A stretch of DNA of 64,000 nucleotides, taken from assembly GCF_001949145.1 (NCBI RefSeq), contig NW_019091355.1, positions 5,667,068-5,731,067 on the forward strand, in the 5' to 3' direction. The notes beneath the pieces were generated by a model that made no database searches, was not told the origin of the DNA, and saw only the letters and a program-made list of their open reading frames with translations. Of the stretch, positions 24,001-34,663 are shown in pieces. Each line of letters starts with the position of its first letter. Position 1 is the first letter of the stretch. The DNA is from Acanthaster planci. Taxonomy: Eukaryota. The translations under genes and the position numbers were made by a program.

Positions 24001-25977
24001 NNNNNNNNNNNNNNNNNNNNNNNNNNNNNNNNNNNNNNNNNNNNNNNNNNNNNNNNNNNNNNNNNNNNNNNNNNNNNNNNNNNNNNNNNNNNNNNNNNNN
24101 NNNNNNNNNNNNNNNNNNNNNNNNNNNNNNNNNNNNNNNNNNNNNNNNNNNNNNNNNNNNNNNNNNNNNNNNNNNNNNNNNNNNNNNNNNNNNNNNNNNN
24201 NNNNNNNNNNNNNNNNNNNNNNNNNNNNNNNNNNNNNNNNNNNNNNNNNNNNNTTGAAATCCCATATGTTTCATTTTTGTTAAATAATTTCAGTTCACAA
24301 AAGAGGCATCGCAGCTGGCCGGGTATTCCTCAATAACTAATCCTGAAATATCGATTTTTGTTTTATTTTGTGTTAGTGTTTGAGGTTTGTGTTCTCAGTG
24401 AAAATGTGGCCAACACAATAGTTACACTAGAAAAAAATGATGTTTTTAAGTGATTTGTTGGGGCTTCAGTCTACCTGATATCCACTTAATTACATGTAAT
24501 AATTTCAGGAACAAGCTTTGTTCTAAAATCTTATCCAGCAAATCTTTGCTTTACAAATTTTAAGTGCATTAATGTCTCAGGTAATAATTATTGAATACAA
24601 ACCTTGGAAACGCATTTTGTGTCTCAAACAACATTTTTAAAACCAATTTTGGCCCAAGTCAGATTTCCGTATTCGTGATGTCATTTCGTGCAGAAAACTT
24701 AAACGCGACATAAAGATTTCAGCACAAAAACTACTAAAATGTTTTCTATGCCCATAATTTCCTACTCTTTGGCGAATAAATAAAGTACATGAGAATTAGC
24801 AGTGTAAAGAGCATTTTTTCTTTGAATGTTTTCAGTGAGCAAATTCGCACTTAACAATTTGAACCAAAAACCCCATAAACTTCACAGTGTCTTCTCACTA
24901 TTATCATCATAGCAACTCAGCGCCCTCTGCAGTTGTCAGAAAAAAAGGGAAATTTTGAAACATTCCATATAGTGCACTTTTCAACGCACTTATCTAAAAA
25001 TGACTTCAAAACGGTATTCATCAGTTGAGGAGTGTGAGGTTATGCATAAAGTTCGTCTAAATAAATTCCTCGTATTAGCACTTTGACCAAATTTTTCCTC
25101 TTTTTGAAGTCTCGACCCTCTCATACAGGTCTTGAAACTTACCGAATTCTTTAGCCAGATATCGCAGGATTGCCTTACTCTGACCAAACATTCTTCCATC
25201 CACCTCCAGTACCGGGACTTGCTGAGTTGGATAATCTAAACAACGAATAAAGTGCCTAAGTTTAATTTATATCTTGTAAATTTATACTGTTTACGGTAAC
25301 TATTTGCTATGGACACATGAAGGAAGTACATGAAGAGTTGATGACTCAGACTTAATGCAAAACAGCTAATAAGACTGGAAGGTTTTCATGGTGAAAGAAC
25401 TATATGAGTGAAACGATTGCGGTTTAATACACCATGGATCAATCTCTTTCTTGAGTATGTGTGGTGAACTTCTCAGAACCACACATACTCAAGAATTTAA
25501 GAAACAGATTGATCCATTGTGTACCCGCAATCGTTTCACTCACAGAAGAGCTAATGCTTTGTATGTGCTTGGTGAAAATAAGACATTGACTGAAAACTCT
25601 ACCCACAATGGCAACCAGAAATTGACAATGGACTCGGCGTGCTTAGAGCGGCAACAATGAAGACAACGAGACTAGATTATGGAAAGACGGGTGTAACACC
25701 GGCATTTACAAAAATTACTGAAGTGTCTTGCACAACATCGGATGAACCCAGCCTAGATGTGAGTGCATGGTTAGGATGTTTAATGTGATGAGAAAGGTGA
25801 TAGTGGTCATGGCCGCTAATGACGTTAGCTTTAGCTCAACTCACTTGCTTTGTACTTCGGCCATTCCGAAAAATCAAAGTTCACTTCTTCAAAGTCGATC
25901 TCAGCTAGCTTGAAAGCAAGACGAATGCTCTCGGCGCGGCCCCGTGCCTTGAAGTAGTGAAGAACGTATTTCACCAT
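12005..25977 (-). CDS. GSTS: Sigma-class glutathione S-transferase, copy D (206 aa)
   Basis: Exons 25977-25845 (MVKYVLHYFKARGRAESIRLAFKLAEIDFEEVNFDFSEWPKYKA), 25235-25143 (NYPTQQVPVLEVDGRMFGQSKAILRYLAKEF), 20198-20086 (GLYGKTNIETAFIDQAIDMVEDIWAPFNAIFTAPLGSK), 19615-19508 (AEKVEKFLAETVPKVYQALERLLGLEVAGDFFVGKT), 12178-12005 (ITAADLFFFTAVDLVDHMSKGANSLENHPKLDALKGRIAANPKIAAWLAVRPPEIPL*). All GT-AG, frame intact, catalytic Tyr in YF, RGRAE, QS motif. Confidence 0.93.
13640..15900 (-). mobile_element. Degenerate RTE-clade LINE (APE endonuclease + reverse transcriptase remnants) in GST-D intron 4
   Basis: Minus-strand fragments AGVGFAI, ILLLGDF, SKHRHLIDF (endonuclease, about 15450-15850), CDNLRGISLLS (about 14430-14465) and LLADDCAVVAHS (RT motif, about 13910-13945); many stops and frameshifts; boundaries approximate. 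Confidence 0.85.
16160..18669 (+). mobile_element. piggyBac transposon relic (transposase pseudogene) in GST-D intron 4
   Basis: TTAA-(A)CCCTTT left end near 16160; acidic N-terminus MAGASDIVDDILADS at 16421; SPLQIFQLFF, MSHSRFMALLRFLHLADN, DKLSKVRPLLD, VVFMDNWY, MGGSDLA, KWWKRVFF and C-terminal CKNCQKPICLMPCLETFH cysteine-rich domain ending 18669; frameshifts and first catalytic Asp lost (LSPGKTM). Right TIR not found. Confidence 0.9.
22170..22430. repeat. CpG-rich degenerate tandem repeat (ACGCGACGGC-like units), probably MITE interior
   Basis: Repeated CGACGGCAC / GACGCGACGG units, with inverted CGTCGTGGCGTCGC at the right end. Confidence 0.65.
22750..23230 (+). mobile_element. Tc1/mariner transposase remnant in GST-D intron 2
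   Basis: KIELFGHND, VKHG, GNLKQSFRKLNLGRQ and EWPTESPDLNPVDNL (Tc1 WPxxSPDLNPIE motif, about 23040-23083); disrupted. Confidence 0.8.
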
Positions 25978-27717
25978 GACGATGAACTGTAGGATTCTGC
26001 CTCGCTATTGAGCCTGCATATAACCGCTTGCCAGCATGCAATGTTGGGGTTTGAACGGGGCGTTCGGTACTGAGTTTGCATTATTGACTGACATCTAAAA
26101 AGGGCTAAGGTTAAAGTTTCACGACCTGGTTACGTGGATTCTTCCATTTTTGTGATTATTTAGCTGATACATTTGTGTCTACAAACAAGGGGGTATCAAC
26201 CTTTCTGATATGATATTTAGAACTAATCAATGTTACTTAAAATAAACGATAGGAGATGCTGATTTAGATTTTTTTTAAAAATGAGAAAGGACAGAGAGAG
26301 GCGGCGGGTATACGTATGGGGGGTCGAAGAACTGTTTTGTTAACCCAGCCGGCCTGGGCTTCAGGAAAAAGATCAGGAAGGAACTGTAGCAAAAATACAT
26401 TCACAGTCAACCATTGTGGGCATCCGGCGAAGCGTCCTAAGTCAATACAGTGGACCAACACTCTTGTATTGTGAACATGTTTTTGGAATTGTGCACAGTG
26501 GCGATGACTTTGCCTTTTGTAGGTGCTTACGTGGGGGCATAGGCCTACTCAGCGAAACGGAGAATAAGGCCTGCTTCAAACGTAGGCCTATAGTGCTTGT
26601 GCTGTGTCGAATACAATTCAATTGAGCGCGGCGTAAGCACGGCAGTTATTTCAAACGTCAAACTTAATTCAAAAAGCCCAGTCGGACTGAAACTAGGCAG
26701 ACCAGCACATTACGAAAACGTGATTTTGCGATCTTTCAGTCTAAGTCACAAAGAAAACGAATTTAGCTTATGCAAGCATTATTAGTCCTTTATTTCTCAG
26801 ATAAATTGGGGTATTTTTATTTTCAAGGTCCGATGTTATGGTTCCTGGCGATCTTGCAGTGACGTTTCCATAAAATATCACCCAAGTGAACATTTCGATA
26901 AGTCCTTTGTCGACATTCGGACGGGAGCTTTAGTTTCAAAGGTCACCTTTGATTTTATCTTAAACTATATCAAGGAGGAATAGGAAAGAGAAATTGTGTA
27001 ACTGAAACCTACTACCGCCCGAGCTCCGTCCAGCAATCTGCCCCGTGGGTTTCTAGATATTGCTATTTTAGTCGCCATATTTGATGCGTTTGTTCGTTGA
27101 TTATTTCTCAACTCTACTACACGTTGTAAACATGCGCATTCCTAATTATTAACGACATGTTGGACCAACTTCGAATAGAAATTGTAGTCGACTTGGCATT
27201 AGCACGACGTTTGAAACCACTCGGTGCTTCTGCAGTACTTAATGACATAAGCACGGCAGGCCCTGTCGAGCCGAATCCTTCCCGGAAACCCATGACCATT
27301 AGGCAATGGAATGTGAAGAAAGAGGCTATATTCAGGACAAAAAATAAAGCGATGATCCATCAAACCTATGGCCTATCATTCATGACACACACCGATCACA
27401 TGACCTTATCACAGTTCAATATAATTTTTTTAAAAAGTGCATCCTTCTTCAACGGTTATTTTGCAGGTACTCTTTTGAGTTTATTATTTACTTAACAGCG
27501 CCGTCTGTTTCCAGAAAAGTATTTACCCTTTAAATGTTTAGAAAAGTGTTCTTTCCATATACAATACACTAAACCCCACGGGATGTCAAATTATTTTCAT
27601 GCACCGAAGACAAGTATGAAGAAGATTTCATCAAAATAAAACATTTTACGATTACTTGGAGTTTTGAATGGTTGTTCTGAGAATACAACTTAATTAGACA
27701 GATTCCATGCCGTTCTT

Positions 27718-30700
27718 TTAATAGGGCGATGGCTTTCGCTTTGCCAAATAAGCCGCCATGTTTTTATTTGCCTTCACACGATCCAGCAGAGCCTTCAGCT
27801 TGGGGTATTTAGCCATGTTGTCTAGTTTTTCTGGAAGGGATGTGAAGTCAAAGCTGGAGAACACATTGATGTCTGCAAGGGAGATCTGAAATCAAGAATG
27901 AACAGGAAATGCTTATGAATCAATTCATGAAGAAATATAGGCCAAATCGGCTTATTGCTGCTAATTTACAATTACACGTTTCAAAATTTTAAGTAACTTC
28001 CCAAAAGGCTCTCATTTTGGGAACTGGGCTCTACAGTTTCCCATCCCGTATTCTTCGAACACACCACAAAATCCCCTACCTTGTCACCGACAAAGAAACC
28101 ATCTCCTCCCTTGTTCTTCTTCAGTTGTTCTTCGACATTTGCCAGTATTGTGGGTGCAGTCTCACTCAGGTACTTCTTCAGATTTTCGGCCTAGAAATGG
28201 CAACAGTTTTGATTTTTTTAATCAATTAATAATTGGGAAATTTGTAGCAAAGAAATTTGCTAATAATGCAATAACACTCAGTGTGACTGTTAATCACACA
28301 CAGGAAATATGTCTGCTGATTGTATAGACCTTTATCATGATGCGGCCATCTAGTTCCCTGTATCCCCTTTAGCAATTGTAATACAACTTCAAATATTGAT
28401 GAAAGAGAACAGAATAGTTTTCCTTCCAGCCTCATAAGTTTGGTTAAGGTGCTATGAATAGTAAAAAAGCAAGATGGCTGCCCCATGACAGGTGTAAGGA
28501 AACCACTGGTGGCCACCGATATCGGAACCGGTTGATTTCAATAAGGCGCGTTGACGGCGTAAGTGGTTGACTGACGTGTTGACTGAATTAGCTAGTAGCT
28601 CGGCCAGGAGATCAGACTTCCATTTACCAAAGGTGATCGCTCGGTAGATCGGTAAGGGGCGCTTTGTCTTCTGACTTGCAAAATCACTTCGTTCAATGTA
28701 TTGTTAACGTTTGCTTCCTTATATATTTGCAACTTGCCGCGTTCAATTTCATTTTAGCGTCTCAAGTGGCTCTTTGTTTTATAAAGTGCATCTTTTGGCC
28801 TTTACATGCATTTGGGTTGCTTCTGTAACAATTTGTTTCGGTCACCATGTTTGCTTCGTTGTATATTGCTTGCCAGATTTCATGTGTTGTTAATTTCTAT
28901 ATTTTTATTCAAAAAAAATCTGGTAGGGACTTTGGTTTGATATGAGACGCCATTTATGACTTCAGCCAGAAAACAATATTGTGGGCATTTTTTTGAAGAC
29001 ACGAACATTAAATAAAAAAGAAATCCAGCAAGAAATGCTGAGGAAACATTACATTTTGGCTAATTTCTGTTGGCATGTGCACAAAGAATAAACATGAAAT
29101 TGGCAAACAGAACTGAGGGCATGCAGCGTATGGCTGAAATGAAATAATACACGTATGATTTGGCATGAAACGTTCCATCTTTCAAATGCAGCTCCCTTTT
29201 GTAAAATACAATGTACTATGTGATGAAGGAATTTATTCAGATTCATTCCGTTGATACAATGAATTTGATCAGGACTGCATAAAGAAAGGAGTAGTTTGTC
29301 CAATGGAAAGAATAACTTCACAGGCTGGAAGATGAAATGTTCCATAAATTTACCTCAAAGGAATGAATCATTCCAGCTGCCAAGTCACAAATTTTTCTAT
29401 TAAACTATTTCACTTTATCAAAATTTTGTTAAGAGCTTTGAAAGAAACTGGAACCCTTACCTTTTTCTGTTCGTCTTTCTCAAACATGATTTTTTCAGTA
29501 TACGGTCTCACGAGATCAAACATGAGTTCACCAACTACGTCAATTTGGGCGCTCTCCCAGTTGTTTGCACCGTAGAGCTCTATATTTCAGAAAATACCGA
29601 GGAAACAAAAAAGAAAGGTTAGTCGACAGTAAACTGAGCCTGACCCTCTCACTGATTAATGCAGCACGCACAGCAGAAACTCTAGTGAAGGCCCACCAAA
29701 ATTACGAGCCTACCAAAACTCTTAAAGCCTACGATAAAATCATAGTATGCCATAAAACAAAGGGAAATTTTCTCTGAATTTTTCATTTTGAGGGAAGACA
29801 AAAATCCACTTACTCAGGTCTCTCGCAACGTAGTAAGTGATAGCCCTTGTCTGGGCGAGCACTTTACCGTCGACTTCCAAGAAGGGTAACTGACCAAATG
29901 GTGTCTCTGTCAACAGAACAATTTTTAGAAAATGCTATGATTTAATCTGTGCTGTTGGAATTCAAGTAATTCACGTTTACGAGGGAAGTGCAAGGAATGG
30001 CACCAGTGATTCTTCCCACGACAGAGTGTGGAACATTTGTTAATTTATTTCACGCACTGTTGGCGGGTTGGAAGGGAGAGCAACCGGTTGTCCCCCACCC
30101 CCAACCACTCTCGGCCCCGAAAGGGGAAGACCTGTTTTTATTGTTTGAAAAAAAAATCTAAGAAAGACGATTTTGGGGGACCAGCTTTAATTTTCCTTAA
30201 TTCCATCTAAAAGCCAGTAAAAGCAAACCCAACATTTAGCCTCACTCCCAGAACGGCTACCAAAAAAGTTATATAAAGAAATTTCCAATTTCTTAAAGTC
30301 GGTGCTTTGGGCCGAAGCAAATTTTTATGTATTGTTAAACGGGGTTTCCTAAAGGCAAAAGTATTAACTCGGAGACTCCGAGAAAATGACCACAAAGTTT
30401 GTAACCCCGATAATGAGCCGCTTTTTGCCGCCAAGGTCATTTCTAGCTGCGCATGCGTTCATAAGTTTGACTTTATAGCATTTTATAATGTACATTATGC
30501 TAGCTTTCAGCAGTTTATACATTTTATGTAAATTTACCATGCAGAATCGCCAAATCACAGTTTTATCTTTAAAAAATAAACAAGCAATTATATTCAAATC
30601 CAGTAGATGAAATAATAATATTAAATAACGATGTCATATGATTAGGTTCGCAAACGATTGCTATATGATGTACTTAACATAAGTATGATGTGATGACGTT

Positions 30701-31792
30701 GTTGGGTTATGGGCTCCAGCTTTCAATTCCATCTTTGAAAGCCGCATGGCAACAGGCTCGATACGGACTCCCAATCCATCCCGCGCCGTGTTTGCCAGTG
30801 AGCTATTACAATTACATAATCGATCATTGACCCAACATAACCTCCGTAAAATACCAGAATGACACTGCAGAAAAACGGTTTAGCTTTAAACGAGACTCTA
30901 CAGTATTAGGGAATGCTGAGCGAAAATCTGGTTAAAATAAAAAATTACCACTAAGAAACAAATGCGCACCTGTATGCTTTGTGCGTCATATTATTGCAAT
31001 TCTACAATTTAAATATGGCATAGCAGTGAACCTATTTCACGGACTTAACCACTCACAAACAAGTTTACCGAAGATCCGAATGCAGCCGCTCTGATATGGC
31101 AGAAACTGGCCTTTCTTGTAAAGTGCACTTTACGTTTTGAAACTTATAACGCAGGCAATTATATTGCAGCATTTTCATAATTTTGACGGAAATTTTCAGG
31201 CTTCTCGAAAGAACTGCACGTGATTTGGCCCATACAGGTATCTGATTTTCTGTCAATGAAGAAAGATGTAAATTTTTACGAATCATTTCTATAATTCAAT
31301 ATATTGTATTCTTTTATTTACTTTTCTTCGTATACAAGAGCTAGTATGCCTTTTTCTCTCACTTCTGTTGTGGAAATCTGATGTTGAAGCATGCTTCTTA
31401 AATTTCCGTCTCTTTAAACTGGTTGAAAATTATAAACCATGAAATTACCGGCAAGTTTCGATGCAGAAGCTAGGTAACCCTCAGACTTTTACCTCCAAGG
31501 ACATCACTGGTTCGGTAATAAATGTGGAAATGCACACTAGCACCAAAAGCGAAGAGGGGCCCAAATACCATTAAAATGGCTACAGTGTTGATTAACAATA
31601 TCTGGAACAGAGATTTACAATCAATATTGTGAGGGCCTAAATTTGTTATGGTCACTTACTCGATTTCATGGCCGACCAGTCCGCCTGCTTAATCCGCACA
31701 TCCTCAAACGGAACACCAGCAACAGTGAAAAGCATCCTGACCGGCTCGGCGCGGCCTTTAATGTCGAAGTAGGTGAGTTTGTAGGAAGGCAT
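27718..31792 (-). CDS. GSTS: Sigma-class glutathione S-transferase, copy C (207 aa)
   Basis: Exons 31792-31660 ([44 protein letters not shown]), 29906-29814 ([31 protein letters not shown]), 29579-29461 ([40 protein letters not shown]), 28190-28080 ([37 protein letters not shown]), 27885-27718 ([14 protein letters not shown]...[30 protein letters not shown]). All GT-AG, intact. Confidence 0.95.
28230..28480 (-). mobile_element. Possible old non-LTR retrotransposon RT fragment in GST-C intron 3
   Basis: Translation FTIHSTLTK...GKLFC...LLKGIQG...KGLYNQQ...VIN loosely resembles CR1/Jockey-group RT N-terminal blocks; core DxxKAFD absent. Confidence 0.3.
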
Positions 31793-31887
31793 GGTGTTGT
31801 CGGAGGGCTTCCCAAAACCTGGCGCTGCCTTTCAGGAGGTTTAAATTTAAAAGGTAGGATTCGCTTGTTCCCGTTCCCGAAATGGAA

Positions 31888-31898
31888 TGCGTTGTCAC
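31888..31898 (-). promoter_or_regulatory. Candidate antioxidant response element upstream of GST-C
   Basis: Minus-strand GTGACAACGCA matches RTGAYnnnGCA about 100 bp upstream of the ATG at 31792; short motif, may be chance. Confidence 0.3.
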
Positions 31899-32199
31899 GA
31901 TGAAGTCCCCTGGTTTTTCTTTGTCCGGTTACGTAATGGCTTGCCCCCTGTTATACATGTCTGCCTACAAATGTGTCTATTCACTATTAATTATGCATTA
32001 TGCTGATCTGGAGGAGTGAGTTGGCAAAAATTGGGGTTTAAATCATGGAGGAATATATAAGATGGGGAAGATTACAAGTTTCCAAGCCCTCAGCGATTCA
32101 AATTACATGAGGAAACTTTAGGCTCCCAGATTCCGTAATCATTCAGTATTATCATGATACTTTCAAAGAATTTATATTGATGACTTACTTAAAAATTTC

Positions 32200-33890
32200 A
32201 TTAAGCCTCTCAGGCGCAAGGCGTCAAGGAAGACAGAAAAGTGCTAACAAAAATTTTGGGAAGTAGACTTGTGTCGCATGGAAAACATTACACTGTTTAG
32301 TCAGATTTCCAGATGACATATGTAGCGCTGTTCAGAATCATAAAATCATAATTCTTCTCTGTACACCTCCAGTCGCATCATCATCTCTTTTTCCTACGAT
32401 CTCCTCATTACTTACAAGTCCTCTGCTTGCGTTTGTCGTATGCCAGTGCCACCATTTGAATTCCCAGGGTGGTTCTTTGAAAATTCTCCAAAGACGTATA
32501 GATAAGATCAAGGAAACTATTTCTGAAATTCAGCAGTCCGACATCCTAACTGTTAGGAATGTCCACCCCTTTCTTGGTCAGATTGTATCACTGAGTCCAG
32601 TCTATGGTAACATAATAACAAGGCTTATGACCAGACATTTCCAGATCCTTGTAGCAATTCAGCAGATGAAGTCACATTGGACAGGGTAAACGAACTTTGA
32701 CTTTCCGAAATCAATTTTTGGAAAGAAAACAAGTCGAAGCTTGAGATGGATAGTTTGATTGCCTTGGTACAAGGAAGATTTAAAAATTCCTTACTGGGGT
32801 CTCCGCAATTCATTGGTTTAGTCTGTGCAATCCACATAGATTGCCAACAAACTTAAACGTCTCATTCTTTCTCTTATTTTCTATCATTAGAAAATTTCCT
32901 CTCAGCCATTTTGTAAAACTTTCCCGACAGTCTTCAAGATGTGAACGAGCAAAATTTCAACCATGCTGTACGAGCTAAAGCTCAAGGCACAATAAATAGT
33001 TATTTGTACAACTGTAGACAGTTTTTCGAATGGTTAAAACAACTGAATGTAAAAATAAGACTCCCAGTTCAGGATGAACACATTGCTGCATATCTTGTTC
33101 ACAAGAAAACTTCTGCTAAATTCGACAGTCTAATAACCACAACATCGGCTGCTGCGATAAAATGGATACATTATCTGGTCGATGCGAAACCCAACCCGGT
33201 TGACTCACCAATAGTACAGCAGATTATGTTAGCAGCAGACGTCAACTCTACAAACCCACAGTGCAAAAAGAACCCGTCTCTCTTGAAACAGTTAAAAGGG
33301 TTGTGGACAAATTGGGTAGTCCGAACAATAAGTTGTTTGACCTCAGAATAGCTTGTTACATATCACTAAAATGTCCCCTGTTTTCAGACATGATGGAATG
33401 GCTTTAACTAAAAGCCAATCACATTTCTCAATTGCAGGGTGGAAATGTGTTTTCAGTTTTTTCCCAGGTCCAAAACTGATATTTTTAGACGGTTCAACAA
33501 CGGTTATCTCTGACACGAACAGTGAGTACTCTCCAGTCTCCATTTTGAAGTTGTTCTTGTTTAAGTGTGACACTAAAATAGGAGATGCTTCCATATTCAC
33601 AGCACTCTCTTACCGTCCCAAACAGAAAGCGCATGTTCCTTTGAAGAACAGGCCACTAATAGTTACACAAGGTGCAGAGAGCTGTTCTTAGATACATTGA
33701 AAGAGGCCCCAAAATATATGGCTTGCACAGTTTAAGGTCAGCTGGAGCATCGCATTTGGCTTACAGAGGTTTCAGAACAGCTAATTATGCTGCGTGGAAG
33801 ATGAGAAAACGAGCACAGCCAAAAACGGATATGTTAAAACAGATTTGGAAACAATGTTAGAAGTCTCGTCTAATTTGAATAATGACTAAA
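32200..33890 (+). mobile_element. DIRS-like tyrosine-recombinase retrotransposon relic
   Basis: 32456-32730 RT/RNaseH connection-like (RRIDKIKETI...LGQIVSLSPVYGNIITRLMTRHF...EINFWKEN); 32941-33240 core-binding-like region (AQGTINSY...FFEW...IAAYL...AAIKWIH...NPVDSPIVQQ); catalytic YGLHSLRSAGASHLA at about 33717-33762; frameshifted; ends approximate. Confidence 0.82.
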
Positions 33891-34663
33891 CAATTATTCT
33901 TCCGCAAGAGAATTGCTCCATGCTTATGAATAATTAGAAATTTGTAAACTAAATATACGCTCCATCTGAGCTTCTAATTATAGACTAACTATTCTTTAAT
34001 GTCAACAACACTGACGGGGATCATAAAACGAGTGAAGACTTCCTTTTATGATAATATTATGTTGTACTGCATACACCTCGGTTCCACTTTATTTTATCAA
34101 GTGTACATTTGGCAACCTGCTTTAACAATTCTACTTCACAAATCACTCGTACTTACGATCTTTTAATGCGTGTTTGCTTGTCGGTATCAAATCCTACTTC
34201 CATAAACTTTCCTGTTTCTTTTTGGAATCGGTTATTGATTAGAGAAAAGAAAACTGGTGCGACAGCTGACGACAAGCGTTCATAATTTGCCTTGTTTCTG
34301 CTAGCAAATTTAAATGCCTTTTTTTACTTTCTTGAACTCACGCTTGTTGTGAAAATGAAAAAGAGCGACGGGTGTCAGTCAATTCAGTCTTTTCAATGGA
34401 TCTAAAGACGTATTATAACTTTGAGAAAAACTTGGTTGTCAGTGGAGTTCTACATAATTTAAACTTAAAATTTATGTTATCTTTTTCGTTTCAGGTATTA
34501 TGTCCCCAATCTGTGCGTCTGCTTCCTTGCATTTCCCCAACTCGCTCGAGAATTGTCTGTTTGCCCCTGTATAATAATTGTTTGTACGAATTTATGCGTT
34601 TTTAAACAGAGATGGCACGTGACCTTAATTGACGTAGATGTAATGCAGGTATTTTTTTCAAAA

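Noticed and set aside
23398..24336. ORFs of 265-312 aa
   Set aside because: Artefacts of the N-gap 23494-24253.
33672..33860. Phage integrase / bacterial contamination
   Set aside because: Preceded by RT-connection remnants typical of DIRS-type eukaryotic retroelements and embedded among spliced genes.
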